64,000 nucleotides of DNA, taken from the IMG/VR virus record IMGVR_UViG_2925639251_000002, one strand, 5' to 3'. The notes beneath the pieces were generated by a model. The model saw only the letters and a list, made by a program, of their open reading frames with translations. It was not told the origin of the DNA and searched no databases. Shown here in pieces: positions 1 to 8,944 of this stretch; within the stretch, counting starts at the first letter, position 1, and every line of letters starts with the position of its first letter. The translations under genes and the position numbers were made by a program. The DNA is from a virus.

Positions 1-589
1 GGTTAAAAACAACTTCGCTGTTTTTTGTTAATATGCCACTGTTTATGAACTTATTTTCGAAAACCTCTAGCAGGCTTATTAGGTCATTGACTATTTCATC
101 AGAAGAATCTATACAAGTATAAAAATCAACATTTGTCTCTCCAATTGTTCGAGATCTGTATAGCTGTTCTAGTTTGGCTAGCTTTAATGCTATTTGACAT
201 ATATCTGGAGAAATTTTCGACTCACTTCTGATAAAGTCTAAAATGTCGTTTATTAAGGGTATATAGAAAGTATCCGTGAGCGAATAGTTCTTAGTTTTGT
301 TACTTAATTTCCTCAGTCCCTTATAGGCAATTAAATGATCTCTTGCCTCCTCTTTATTCGTGAATTGTCCAATTCTAAACCTTGCTAAGTAATCAAAAGC
401 AACACCCACTAAACTTGAATCGTATTGATTTTCAAGTGCATAGGGAACATATGTTGAATATTCTTTTGAAAAAGGAAGATTACCACTCAGGGTATAGTAA
501 TCTTCTTTTAATGGCTCTATAGAAGCAAGGATATTTTTAAATTCCTTGTCTTTTTGTTTTTTGCTTGTTAGTTTGCTAATCAATGACAT
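1..589 (-). CDS. Hypothetical protein, runs off the window edge (MSLISKLTSKKQKDKEF...)
   Basis: ATG at 589 preceded by GAGGAG RBS; frame read by eye towards position 1; absent from the ORF track, consistent with no stop inside the window. Confidence 0.65.
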   Translation of the reverse strand, partial: MSLISKLTSKKQKDKEFKNILASIEPLKEDYYTLSGNLPFSKEYSTYVPYALENQYDSSLVGVAFDYLARFRIGQFTNKEEARDHLIAYKGLRKLSNKTKNYSLTDTFYIPLINDILDFIRSESKISPDICQIALKLAKLEQLYRSRTIGETNVDFYTCIDSSDEIVNDLISLLEVFENKFINSGILTKNSEVVFN

Positions 590-680
590 TACTTCATCTC
601 CTCAATTAACTTATCCATTTGTTAATAAGTGTATCACGTTTAAATTGTCATAGTATCGATTCATTACCAACATTTACATC

Positions 681-722
681 GAACTTTTGTTCTCTTTTAT
701 ATTGAATAAAGAACGTTTGTTC
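681..722 (+). promoter_or_regulatory. Two LexA(DinR)/SOS boxes upstream of yolD-uvrX
   Basis: GAAC-TTTT-GTTC at 681-692 and GAAC-GTTT-GTTC at 711-722 match the Bacillus GAAC-N4-GTTC core. Confidence 0.85.
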
Positions 723-756
723 TGTTAATATTAGATCAATAAAGGAGTGAGTCGAT

Positions 757-1089
757 ATGCTTAGGGATCGAGGAACAATCAAATGGACATCAATGATGCT
801 TCCAGAACATTTAACACAACTTAAACAAGATTTGATTGATGTGTCAAAAATTGAAAAACCATCCTTAGATGACCAACAAATTGAAGAGATGGATCTTCTC
901 GTCTCCGAGGCACTTGAATTTAATAAAGAGTTGAGATTTAAACTCTTTAACAATGGATTCGTTGAAAATGTCACCGGCAGAGTCCATTACATTAATTTTG
1001 AACAACACAGGCTTCATGTAAAAGACCAGAATGACAATACAGTTTATATCAACATGAATGACATCATAGGAGTTACATACAATGATTGA
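757..1089 (+). CDS. yolD: YolD-family protein (partner of Y-family polymerase)
   Basis: DRGxIKW..MLPEH motif; overlaps the uvrX start. Confidence 0.92.
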   Translation: MLRDRGTIKWTSMMLPEHLTQLKQDLIDVSKIEKPSLDDQQIEEMDLLVSEALEFNKELRFKLFNNGFVENVTGRVHYINFEQHRLHVKDQNDNTVYINMNDIIGVTYND

Positions 1090-2332
1090 TTACTCACAAT
1101 TTCCACGAAAGAATATACTTTGTGTCGATATGAAATCCTTTTATGCTTCTGTATCGGCTGTAACAAGGGGGCTTAATCCTTTAACATGTTATCTTGCCGT
1201 TGTAGGGAATACGGAGAGACAGGGAAGTGTAGTATTAGCTGCATCTCCTGCACTTAAAAAAGATTTTGGAATCAAAACAGGGTCGAGATTGTTCGAGATA
1301 CTTGAAGATCCAAGAATACACATTGTAAATCCGCAAATGAAGCTTTTCATCAGAGTTTCAACTGAGATTACAAAGCTGTTTTACAGATTTGTGCCAGAAA
1401 AATGTGTTCATACGTATTCAATTGATGAATCTTTTTTAGATGCAGGAAAAGAAGATCCTGAAGAAATGGCCAAAGCAATTCAAAGCAGTATGTGGAGAGA
1501 GTTCGGTTTGATGTGTACTGTAGGCATTGGAGACAATATGTTGCTAAGTAAGCTTGCGCTTGACCTGGAAAGTAAGAAAACGAAGAGTGGTATTGCACGT
1601 TGGAGATATGAAGATGTGCCAAATAAACTCTGGAATGTTCATCCGTTGTCAAAAATGTGGGGGATAGGAGGGAGGATGGAAAGAAATCTGAATCGGATGG
1701 GAATATCAACAGTAGGTCAGTTAGCCAAATTTCCATTAGAGCTACTTGAGAAGAAATTTGGAATAATGGGGAACCAGTTGTATTATCATGCCCATGGAAT
1801 CGATTTATCTGAAATAGGTGCTCCATTGATGCAGGGGCAGATTAGTTTCGGTAAGAGTCAGATTTTACTGAGGGATTACACAAGGAGAGAAGAGATTAAG
1901 GCTGTTCTTCTGGAGATTTGTGAAGAAGTCGCAAGAAGGGCTCGTACACACAACAAAGTTGGTCGAACAATTAGCCTGGGAATTGGTTACAGTAAAGATG
2001 AGCTTGGTGGCGGATTTCATCGATCTAAAACAATTGAGCTTCCCACAAATATCACGATGGATATTTATAAATGCTGCTTGATACTCTTTAATAAGTTTTA
2101 CTCAGGTAAGACTGTGAGAAGTATCTCAGTTACGTTATCAAATATTGAGGATGATGTGAATCAGCAGCTGAGTTTATTTGAAGTAGATAATGAAAAGAGA
2201 AGGAAACTTGGGTTTGTAATGGATGGGATTAGAAGTAAATACGGATCGAAAGCGATTCTGAGAGCAGTTTCTTATACATCTGCAGGGACAGCGCTTCATA
2301 GAGCTGGACTTACTGGTGGACATAAATCATAA
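1082..2332 (+). CDS. uvrX: Y-family (UmuC/DinB-like) DNA polymerase UvrX
   Basis: CVDMKSFYASV and YSIDESF catalytic motifs; C-terminal QLSLF clamp-binding motif. Confidence 0.95.
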   Translation: MIDYSQFPRKNILCVDMKSFYASVSAVTRGLNPLTCYLAVVGNTERQGSVVLAASPALKKDFGIKTGSRLFEILEDPRIHIVNPQMKLFIRVSTEITKLFYRFVPEKCVHTYSIDESFLDAGKEDPEEMAKAIQSSMWREFGLMCTVGIGDNMLLSKLALDLESKKTKSGIARWRYEDVPNKLWNVHPLSKMWGIGGRMERNLNRMGISTVGQLAKFPLELLEKKFGIMGNQLYYHAHGIDLSEIGAPLMQGQISFGKSQILLRDYTRREEIKAVLLEICEEVARRARTHNKVGRTISLGIGYSKDELGGGFHRSKTIELPTNITMDIYKCCLILFNKFYSGKTVRSISVTLSNIEDDVNQQLSLFEVDNEKRRKLGFVMDGIRSKYGSKAILRAVSYTSAGTALHRAGLTGGHKS

Positions 2333-2368
2333 AAATAACCCCCTCAATTTGGAGGGGGATAAGAAAAA
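2331..2368. terminator. Probable bidirectional terminator between uvrX and phr
   Basis: CCCCCTC-AATTTG-GAGGGGG hairpin between convergent genes, flanked by A-rich tracts. Confidence 0.6.
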
Positions 2369-2372
2369 CATA

Positions 2373-2549
2373 TTAAGAAGTATGTCCTCTGCTTGCAATT
2401 TCATACGAATGACCATCAGTAAAACCAATACTGGCTGTATGTCCTCTGCGTGCTTCTTGGACATCTTTTTGAGTGTTAGTTAAATAAATGCTTATAAATC
2501 CAATTAAAACAATGGCTAAAATAAAGACAGATGCATGCTTAAGTTTCAT
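2373..2549 (-). CDS. Phr signalling pro-peptide (58 aa) with two RGHT-containing motifs
   Basis: MKLKHASVFILAIVLIGFISIYLT signal peptide, then ...ARRGHTAS...IASRGHTS; start overlaps the 3' end of rap. Confidence 0.88.
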   Translation of the reverse strand: MKLKHASVFILAIVLIGFISIYLTNTQKDVQEARRGHTASIGFTDGHSYEIASRGHTS

Positions 2550-3678
2550 AAAGACAATCCCCTCTCTGAATTTGTTTACGGGCATAAAGCACTTTTTCAT
2601 AATAAGCAACAGCCACTTTATGGTCTTCTTTTTCATTGTAATACTTCGCTGCATCTGATGCTAAATCCTCCACGTCTGAAAGCATTGACTTTAATTCTAA
2701 ATAATTTAGAATTGAATTTAATTTTTCATTGTCATTATCTACATATAAGGCATGAATGAATTCAAACATTTTTGCCATAATCTCATCGTTTAAATTTTTG
2801 GACAAAGACAGACCGTGTGCACACCAAGAAATTCCCTCGGAGTGATTTCTCATTTTAAAAGTGGTTTTTGTCAACATAAGTAAGATATCTAATATGCGAT
2901 TTGAATGTTCATACCCATTATCCTGATATACTCTAATGCCCTCCTTGAAGTACTCAGATGCCTTTTCATAAGCTTCCTCAGCAAAGGAACATAAGCCGAG
3001 ATTGTAAAGAGATGATCCGATTAATCGTGACATATCGATTTCTCTTGCTTTATCTAGAGCATCTTTAAAATGAGGGATCGCTTTTTCAGGGTAGTCCATA
3101 TCCAAATAGTTCAGTCCGATAACAAATGAGCATTGAATAACTCTTACAGTGTAGTTTTCATGTGCTTTATAACTATCGATTGCTTGAACAATGTGGTGCA
3201 TCGACATATGTGTTTGCTTCATATGATAATAAATTTCTGCAACTTTATAGTGGAATTCAGCTCTTTCAATTTCATCTGCAACAAGTGATAATTTTCTCTC
3301 GGCTTGCTTATAGAAGCTTATGGCATTAAGATATTCGTATTGTTCAAATTCATACATTCCCCGGAAAAAGTTAAAATAATATTCAAGAATCCCTTTCAAA
3401 TCAGTTTGACTACTTTCGATCTTTTCTAATAAGTCTGAAATTTTAGGTCGTTCTTCGTTCAATGTTTTTGGTTCAAGGTAGTCCAGCATCAGCTGATGGC
3501 GAAAACACATGAGAGAATAGTACAGCAATAAATCTTGATCTTCTTTCATATGCCTTATTTCTTCCTCGACCTCAGCTTTCAATATTTCCGAATCTGGGAC
3601 ACTAAATAATCTTATGTATTTATACCACTCATTTATTTTCACTCCAACTTTAGAAGAAGAGATCATCTGCTCCAACAC
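2539..3678 (-). CDS. Rap-family (RRNPP/TPR) regulator, RapH-like
   Basis: SSKVGVKINEWY...EDQDLLLYYSLMCFRHQLMLDYLEP N-terminus, TPR repeats, adjacent phr. Confidence 0.93.
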   Translation of the reverse strand: MLEQMISSSKVGVKINEWYKYIRLFSVPDSEILKAEVEEEIRHMKEDQDLLLYYSLMCFRHQLMLDYLEPKTLNEERPKISDLLEKIESSQTDLKGILEYYFNFFRGMYEFEQYEYLNAISFYKQAERKLSLVADEIERAEFHYKVAEIYYHMKQTHMSMHHIVQAIDSYKAHENYTVRVIQCSFVIGLNYLDMDYPEKAIPHFKDALDKAREIDMSRLIGSSLYNLGLCSFAEEAYEKASEYFKEGIRVYQDNGYEHSNRILDILLMLTKTTFKMRNHSEGISWCAHGLSLSKNLNDEIMAKMFEFIHALYVDNDNEKLNSILNYLELKSMLSDVEDLASDAAKYYNEKEDHKVAVAYYEKVLYARKQIQRGDCLYET

Positions 3679-3802
3679 AAGCCCTCCTATATTAAATATC
3701 TAAATATGTAATATTTTATCATATTTAAATGAATAAGGAAGATTAATGTTATCTTAAATAACGAAAAAAATACCCTCCTCGATTAAGAGAAGGGTAGGGG
3801 TT

Positions 3803-4054
3803 TTATCTCGGTGAATCATAATCCATTGCTTGTTCACTATCAGAAATACCTTGAGTTGTTGGGTCAACAATGATACCCATTGCAGTTAAAAAAGTCAGTA
3901 GAGCATTAAATTTCTCTGTTAAATCGTCACCAAATACAGTCAAGTCATATCCAAAAGCAGAGGCAATTGCTTGTACGAATAACAGCGTTGCAGAGAAAAT
4001 TGCGACAAGAAATGTTTTCTTTTTCAGTCTTACTTTCCAGTTGATTTTAGTCAT
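3803..4054 (-). CDS. Holin, phiLC3 (Phage_holin_1)-like
   Basis: MTKINWKVRLK...GIIVDPTTQGISDS signature, two hydrophobic segments; start corrected to MTKIN. Confidence 0.85.
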   Translation of the reverse strand: MTKINWKVRLKKKTFLVAIFSATLLFVQAIASAFGYDLTVFGDDLTEKFNALLTFLTAMGIIVDPTTQGISDSEQAMDYDSPR

Positions 4055-4074
4055 TAAATCGTCTCCTGTTAATT

Positions 4075-4467
4075 TTATTTGAGGCCAAAATGTATGAGTA
4101 ACCATGCACCGATAATAGTGGCAATTACACTTGGTAGCACCTTGAATACAAGGTCTTTTGTAAATTGTGAGGGATCAATTTTACGAGTAGAATCAGAGCG
4201 TTCCAATATTTCAACTCGATTATCTAGTTTTTCATATGATTTGCTTAGATTTTTTAAACTGTTGCTCATTTCGTTAAGAGTACTGAACTGTTCTCTTGAT
4301 TGTGCTTGAGAGTCTTTATTAATTTCAACTTGTTGCTCAACAAGTGTAGCTATACGACCGATAACATTTGTTCTTTCCTCAAGAGAGTCAATCTTGTTAT
4401 TAGTGTGCTTAGCTTTTTCTTCTAGTGCACTTAATCTTGAAATGGTGCTTTGCTCAAAGTTATCCAT
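4075..4467 (-). CDS. XhlA-like lysis accessory protein (coiled coil plus C-terminal TM helix)
   Basis: Position between endolysin and holin; heptad-rich body and hydrophobic C-terminus. Confidence 0.6.
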   Translation of the reverse strand: MDNFEQSTISRLSALEEKAKHTNNKIDSLEERTNVIGRIATLVEQQVEINKDSQAQSREQFSTLNEMSNSLKNLSKSYEKLDNRVEILERSDSTRKIDPSQFTKDLVFKVLPSVIATIIGAWLLIHFGLK

Positions 4468-4583
4468 TTGTCACCAACCTTTAATGATAATAGAAAGGTG
4501 ACATTACATCACCTCCTAAAATAAAGAGGATATTCGCTAATTCGGAGAGGTCAGCAAATATCCTCCGAGATAATTGAATATAA

Positions 4584-5687
4584 TTAAATTTTTGAACCGA
4601 ATTGTCCTGAGATGTATCCACGTTTACCGTTATAAATAACTTCCCAGTAACCTTTTGAATTGTTTTTACCTTTAACTGAACCAGAAATTGAAATAGTGCT
4701 TCCAAGCTTAACTGTGCCAATATTTTTAGAACTATTTCGATCAGGTTTGTCCATTACGATTGCAGCGCTTGATACACCAACAATTTTGATTTTTCCAACT
4801 GATTTAATAGATGAGGAGCTTGAAGAAGTTGATGTTGTTTTTGGGGCAGAGGAAGAGGTTTTAACTGATCCTGTAACATCAACATATTTGTCAGAAGCAG
4901 TGATGTAATATGTAGCGCCTTTAGAGTTATTAACTTTGTATTGATAGGCAGATCCAACTTTAACTTTCTCAACAACTGTAGGAAATCCAATGCCTTTATT
5001 TACTGTACCGACAACATCTTTATCTTCCCAAGATGGTTTTGAATAGAAGCGAAGACCGTCAACTTTTGATTTTAGTGAACCACTTGCTGCTGAGGAAGTG
5101 GAAGAGGAGGAGGTTGTTGGTTTAGTTGGAGAAGCTTTTGAAACAGATTTGCCTGACATTTTTGCCTTTACTCGATTTTTAAAGTCTACAAATTTTTGGC
5201 TGTTAGATACCCATGGTGCAGGGCAATTCTTATGGGTGATGTCATAATGACGAACAATATCATCAATAGGATCTAAACCAAACTTATTACATAATTCAAC
5301 GAACACATCCTCAGTTCTTTCAACTGTATCTGAATGGAATGAACCGTCTTTTTCAAGGCACATTTCAACTCCAATAGAAAGAAAGTTAGCATTAGGTTTC
5401 AGCGCAGCAACTCCTCGATAAGGATTTCCGGCACTATCTCTTTGCTGAATATCATTAGCATGGTAAGCTACTTCATTTAACGGAATGATACAAATTGCTT
5501 CAGTTTTATCAACGAAAATGTGAGCTGACGCATAAACTTGCGCATTGCTAAAATATCTTCGGTGATTGTCTGCCCCGGCACCCGGATTGGCTGTGTAATG
5601 AACAACTAGCTTCTTAACACCATTTAACTTTAAACCAGGGCGAGTATATTTGTTTACTGGAATATAATTGTTTGTATAAGCTGACAA
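4584..5687 (-). CDS. blyA: Endolysin, N-acetylmuramoyl-L-alanine amidase BlyA
   Basis: Amidase_2 motifs (VHYTAN, SAHIFVD, HYDITHKNCP), Ser-rich linkers, SH3-like C-terminal domains; 367 aa. Confidence 0.93.
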   Translation of the reverse strand: MSAYTNNYIPVNKYTRPGLKLNGVKKLVVHYTANPGAGADNHRRYFSNAQVYASAHIFVDKTEAICIIPLNEVAYHANDIQQRDSAGNPYRGVAALKPNANFLSIGVEMCLEKDGSFHSDTVERTEDVFVELCNKFGLDPIDDIVRHYDITHKNCPAPWVSNSQKFVDFKNRVKAKMSGKSVSKASPTKPTTSSSSTSSAASGSLKSKVDGLRFYSKPSWEDKDVVGTVNKGIGFPTVVEKVKVGSAYQYKVNNSKGATYYITASDKYVDVTGSVKTSSSAPKTTSTSSSSSSIKSVGKIKIVGVSSAAIVMDKPDRNSSKNIGTVKLGSTISISGSVKGKNNSKGYWEVIYNGKRGYISGQFGSKI

Positions 5688-5800
5688 AAAACATCTCTCC
5701 TAATAATTAAATTTGAGCACAAAAAAGAGAGAAGGTGACTAAACCCAATCTCTCTTTATCTCACGTATGCTCTTGTTATCTCTGTCTTTCAAGTATGTAT

Positions 5801-5828
5801 TTTAAATAAAATCTATATTTTATCTAGA
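5801..5828. repeat. 28-bp palindromic 11-6-11 site, copy 1
   Basis: TTTAAATAAAA-TCTATA-TTTTATCTAGA. Confidence 0.7.
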
Positions 5829-5864
5829 ACATAACCACCTCCTAAAAGAAATACATAAAATTTA

Positions 5865-8099
5865 TTATGCTTTCTTAAGAGCGGCTATTTCTTTTGCTTG
5901 CTCTTCAACTTTTGCTGAAAGCTCTTGTACAGCCTTGATTAGAGGAGCAATAAATTCTGTATAACCAATAGACATTACATCTTCGCCACCAGAAAGTTCA
6001 TGGTGTTGGAAACCACCAAAATCGATACCTTCAGCTTCAATTACCTTTTGAATTTCTTGGGCGATAACACCGTGATGATATCTATTTTTCTTTTTAGAAC
6101 CGTCTCGCTCATGGGTGATTACTGTACCATCTTCTTTAATTTCAACATACTCATCACGTATGTCCCATTTATAATCAACAGGTCTGACTTTATTTATGAA
6201 ATCTAGACCTAGAACTGTGTCTCGAATATCAGCTTTATCACGGAGGTCAGATCTATTTTGCAGTGCATTAAATGAGTATGGAGTAGAATTTCCATCACCA
6301 AGTTGAATCTGATTGCTTCCAGAAACCCTTGAATTGAAACCAACGCCGGTAGAGTTGCTTATATCTTTCATTTCATCTCCACCAGTTGTAAATCTTAATG
6401 CACCATATCCTAATGCAGTGTTTTGATTTCCTGTAGTGTTATTTTTAAGAGCCATGTAGCCAAGTGCAGTGTTATAATCGCCTTTGTTGTTTTCGAGTGA
6501 AAGACCACCGATAGCAGTGTTAAAACTACCTTTTTTCATTTTCCATGCAGCCTTTACACCAATAGCTGTATTATCATAATTAACTGCCATTGGTGTAGTG
6601 TCGGAGTACTCTGTGATTTTTACTGCGCCTGATTCATCTCCGATAATATCTGTAGAGACAGTGAAACCAGAGGATGTCGAATTAGCGACAGTAAAGTAAA
6701 TAGCTTCCCGTCCACCTACTGACATTAAAACTTTATATCCATTTTGGAAAGGATGATTCCCCATGGAGACTTGAATATTATTGTCTTTCCATACGTAAGT
6801 TCCAGTAGTCGTGTAATACTCTGACACTTGAGCCATACCAGAGATTTCATTCTGGGCGATCTGTGTAGTGCTTACTGTGAAGGTATCCACAGTGATGCTC
6901 TTAACCGTAGTAGAAAACTTCTCTCCACCATCTAATGCTAAAGACAAGTTCTGGCCAACAATAAAGGTGTGACCAATATGAGTAAGGGTGATGTCTTGAC
7001 CTATCCAAGTGTATCCTGCTTGAATACTAGGGAAGAATCTTTGCTTTCCTTCGAATGAGACATCAGAATCGAGTTGACTCATAGCATAGTAACCCATTGC
7101 AACGTTCCGCTGACTATTTTTAATTTCCCGTCCAGCGTTTACTCCCACTCCCACATTGCCAATTCCATTTGACCAATAAAGGGAGTTAGTTCCGACTGCA
7201 ACTTGGTATCCGGCAGTTTGAGGGGAATTATTTATAATTGTTTTACTGTCCAGGTTTAATGGGGCATACCCAGACATAGCAGCAGCACCTAAAGCAGTGT
7301 TCCAAAGACTCTTTTCATTTGTCTGTAAAGCGTTTCTACCCATAGCGACGTTAGAATACCCGTCTTTGTTAAAGCGCATAGAATTATCGCCCACAGATGT
7401 ATTCCGAGTCCCTTTGAAAGCATCTCCTTGTACACCGGTAACATAATATTGACTTTGTAAACCAATGGCCAAGTTATAAACGCCATATTTATTATTAAAT
7501 AGTGCTCCGGCTCCTATTGCTGTAGTGTTTTTAGTGTATTCACTTGCATTTGAAAGTGCATTTTCACCGATAGCAATAATATTATGACCTGCAATACCTT
7601 TATATTGATCTCCTGGTCGGAAGTTTTTAGCAGCATTGTTCCCGATGATGATATTTGAATTTCCTGTTTGAAACGATGATACATATCCAGAGAAATATTT
7701 ATTTCCGTCAATGATAAAGTAACCGTTCAAGTATTTATTTTTATTCGGAAAGCTATTAACGACATATGTTTTACCTGCCAAATCAAACACATTATCTTGG
7801 TAAGTCGATTCTATGGAAGAAAACACACTAGAGTCATCAGTTGTTCCATCGCCTTTGGCTCCTAACCAGGAAATATTGATTCCTCTATAATTAAATTCAC
7901 TAATAATCTTTTCAGACAGTGTGTTTCCTGTGGCTTTAATAGCGTCTATATCGCCAATTTTATTAAATTTCTGACTGATGTCATCTGCAGTAAACCTATT
8001 ATTCTCTGATTTTAAAGCTACAGCGTCAATAGGTACCCATTGTTTGGTTTCTTCATCATAATAGCCCATTGTATTTACTGGAATTAGATTGTCACTCAA
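5865..8099 (-). CDS. Tail spike/fibre with GxxNxAxG beta-roll repeats and C-terminal intramolecular chaperone (peptidase S74-like)
   Basis: GAKGDGTTDD N-terminal motif, many NTAxG repeats, SDLRDK cleavage-type motif, FIAPLIKAVQEL coiled coil; occupies the yomE position. Confidence 0.85.
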   Translation of the reverse strand: MSDNLIPVNTMGYYDEETKQWVPIDAVALKSENNRFTADDISQKFNKIGDIDAIKATGNTLSEKIISEFNYRGINISWLGAKGDGTTDDSSVFSSIESTYQDNVFDLAGKTYVVNSFPNKNKYLNGYFIIDGNKYFSGYVSSFQTGNSNIIIGNNAAKNFRPGDQYKGIAGHNIIAIGENALSNASEYTKNTTAIGAGALFNNKYGVYNLAIGLQSQYYVTGVQGDAFKGTRNTSVGDNSMRFNKDGYSNVAMGRNALQTNEKSLWNTALGAAAMSGYAPLNLDSKTIINNSPQTAGYQVAVGTNSLYWSNGIGNVGVGVNAGREIKNSQRNVAMGYYAMSQLDSDVSFEGKQRFFPSIQAGYTWIGQDITLTHIGHTFIVGQNLSLALDGGEKFSTTVKSITVDTFTVSTTQIAQNEISGMAQVSEYYTTTGTYVWKDNNIQVSMGNHPFQNGYKVLMSVGGREAIYFTVANSTSSGFTVSTDIIGDESGAVKITEYSDTTPMAVNYDNTAIGVKAAWKMKKGSFNTAIGGLSLENNKGDYNTALGYMALKNNTTGNQNTALGYGALRFTTGGDEMKDISNSTGVGFNSRVSGSNQIQLGDGNSTPYSFNALQNRSDLRDKADIRDTVLGLDFINKVRPVDYKWDIRDEYVEIKEDGTVITHERDGSKKKNRYHHGVIAQEIQKVIEAEGIDFGGFQHHELSGGEDVMSIGYTEFIAPLIKAVQELSAKVEEQAKEIAALKKA

Positions 8100-8111
8100 T
8101 AATGTTCCTCC

Positions 8112-8939
8112 TTATCCTTTCCTTATCCAAACCATGCTACCGTCAGGTGCATCTTTAGAAGGTTTTACTCTTTTTTTGCTAGGCGGGCTATTTGTCCTCA
8201 GCCACACTGTTCGAATATTGTAAGGTTCAATATAACTTGAAACAACGTTATAACCATCGAATTGGTCTGAAATGCTAATATTAATCCAGTCAAAACCATC
8301 CCAGCGATATTCAATACCTGTATCTCGAACAGTAACAACCCACCCAATTTGAGGATTTGGGTAAGTATCCATTAAATCTTGATATGTATAAACCATCGGC
8401 AAATATATTTTTCTAGTGTTCTCAACTACATACTCGTAATCAGAAGTTGCTTGTCTACACCAGTTTGTTATTTCGATGCATCGTTTTGTTACTCGTTCAC
8501 ATTCAGCAATTCGCTCATTCATCCGAATTATTGTGTCTTCAGCATCATCGATAAGTCCTTGTAGAGTCTCAATAACCATATTGCCTTGGCGTTTAATCCA
8601 AATTCGAGAGGCAGGGAAGAAGGAAGCTCCTTCACCACTATAATTAAAGGTTAGCGATTTCCCTTCATTTGAAGCATTAAAAAAGACAACTCCCATAAGG
8701 TAGTCAACCTTAAAATAATTGTCTTCTAGTTCACCATCTTCAATTTCTCGCCATTCCTTCTTATCTCCAATAACTTCTACACGAAACTCTCTGTTAGGAA
8801 TCTCAGTTAGGAGTGCTCTTCCGTTGTATACAGTTAATGTCTCGCTATAAGTTAGATACGGGTCTTCAACAGAACCTATTCTCTTTTTACTTAAAATTGG
8901 GTCATTATATAATTCAGCAAAATCAGCCAGTTTAATCAC
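8112..8939 (-). CDS. yomF: YomF-like tail/baseplate protein (likely start CTG at 8930)
   Basis: Synteny and size match SPbeta yomF. Confidence 0.75.
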   Translation of the reverse strand: MIKLADFAELYNDPILSKKRIGSVEDPYLTYSETLTVYNGRALLTEIPNREFRVEVIGDKKEWREIEDGELEDNYFKVDYLMGVVFFNASNEGKSLTFNYSGEGASFFPASRIWIKRQGNMVIETLQGLIDDAEDTIIRMNERIAECERVTKRCIEITNWCRQATSDYEYVVENTRKIYLPMVYTYQDLMDTYPNPQIGWVVTVRDTGIEYRWDGFDWINISISDQFDGYNVVSSYIEPYNIRTVWLRTNSPPSKKRVKPSKDAPDGSMVWIRKG

Positions 8940-8944
8940 CTCCG

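Noticed and set aside
2333-3800. Sublancin (sun) cluster expected by synteny
   Set aside because: No sunA/sunT/bdb-like ORFs; the interval holds rap-phr
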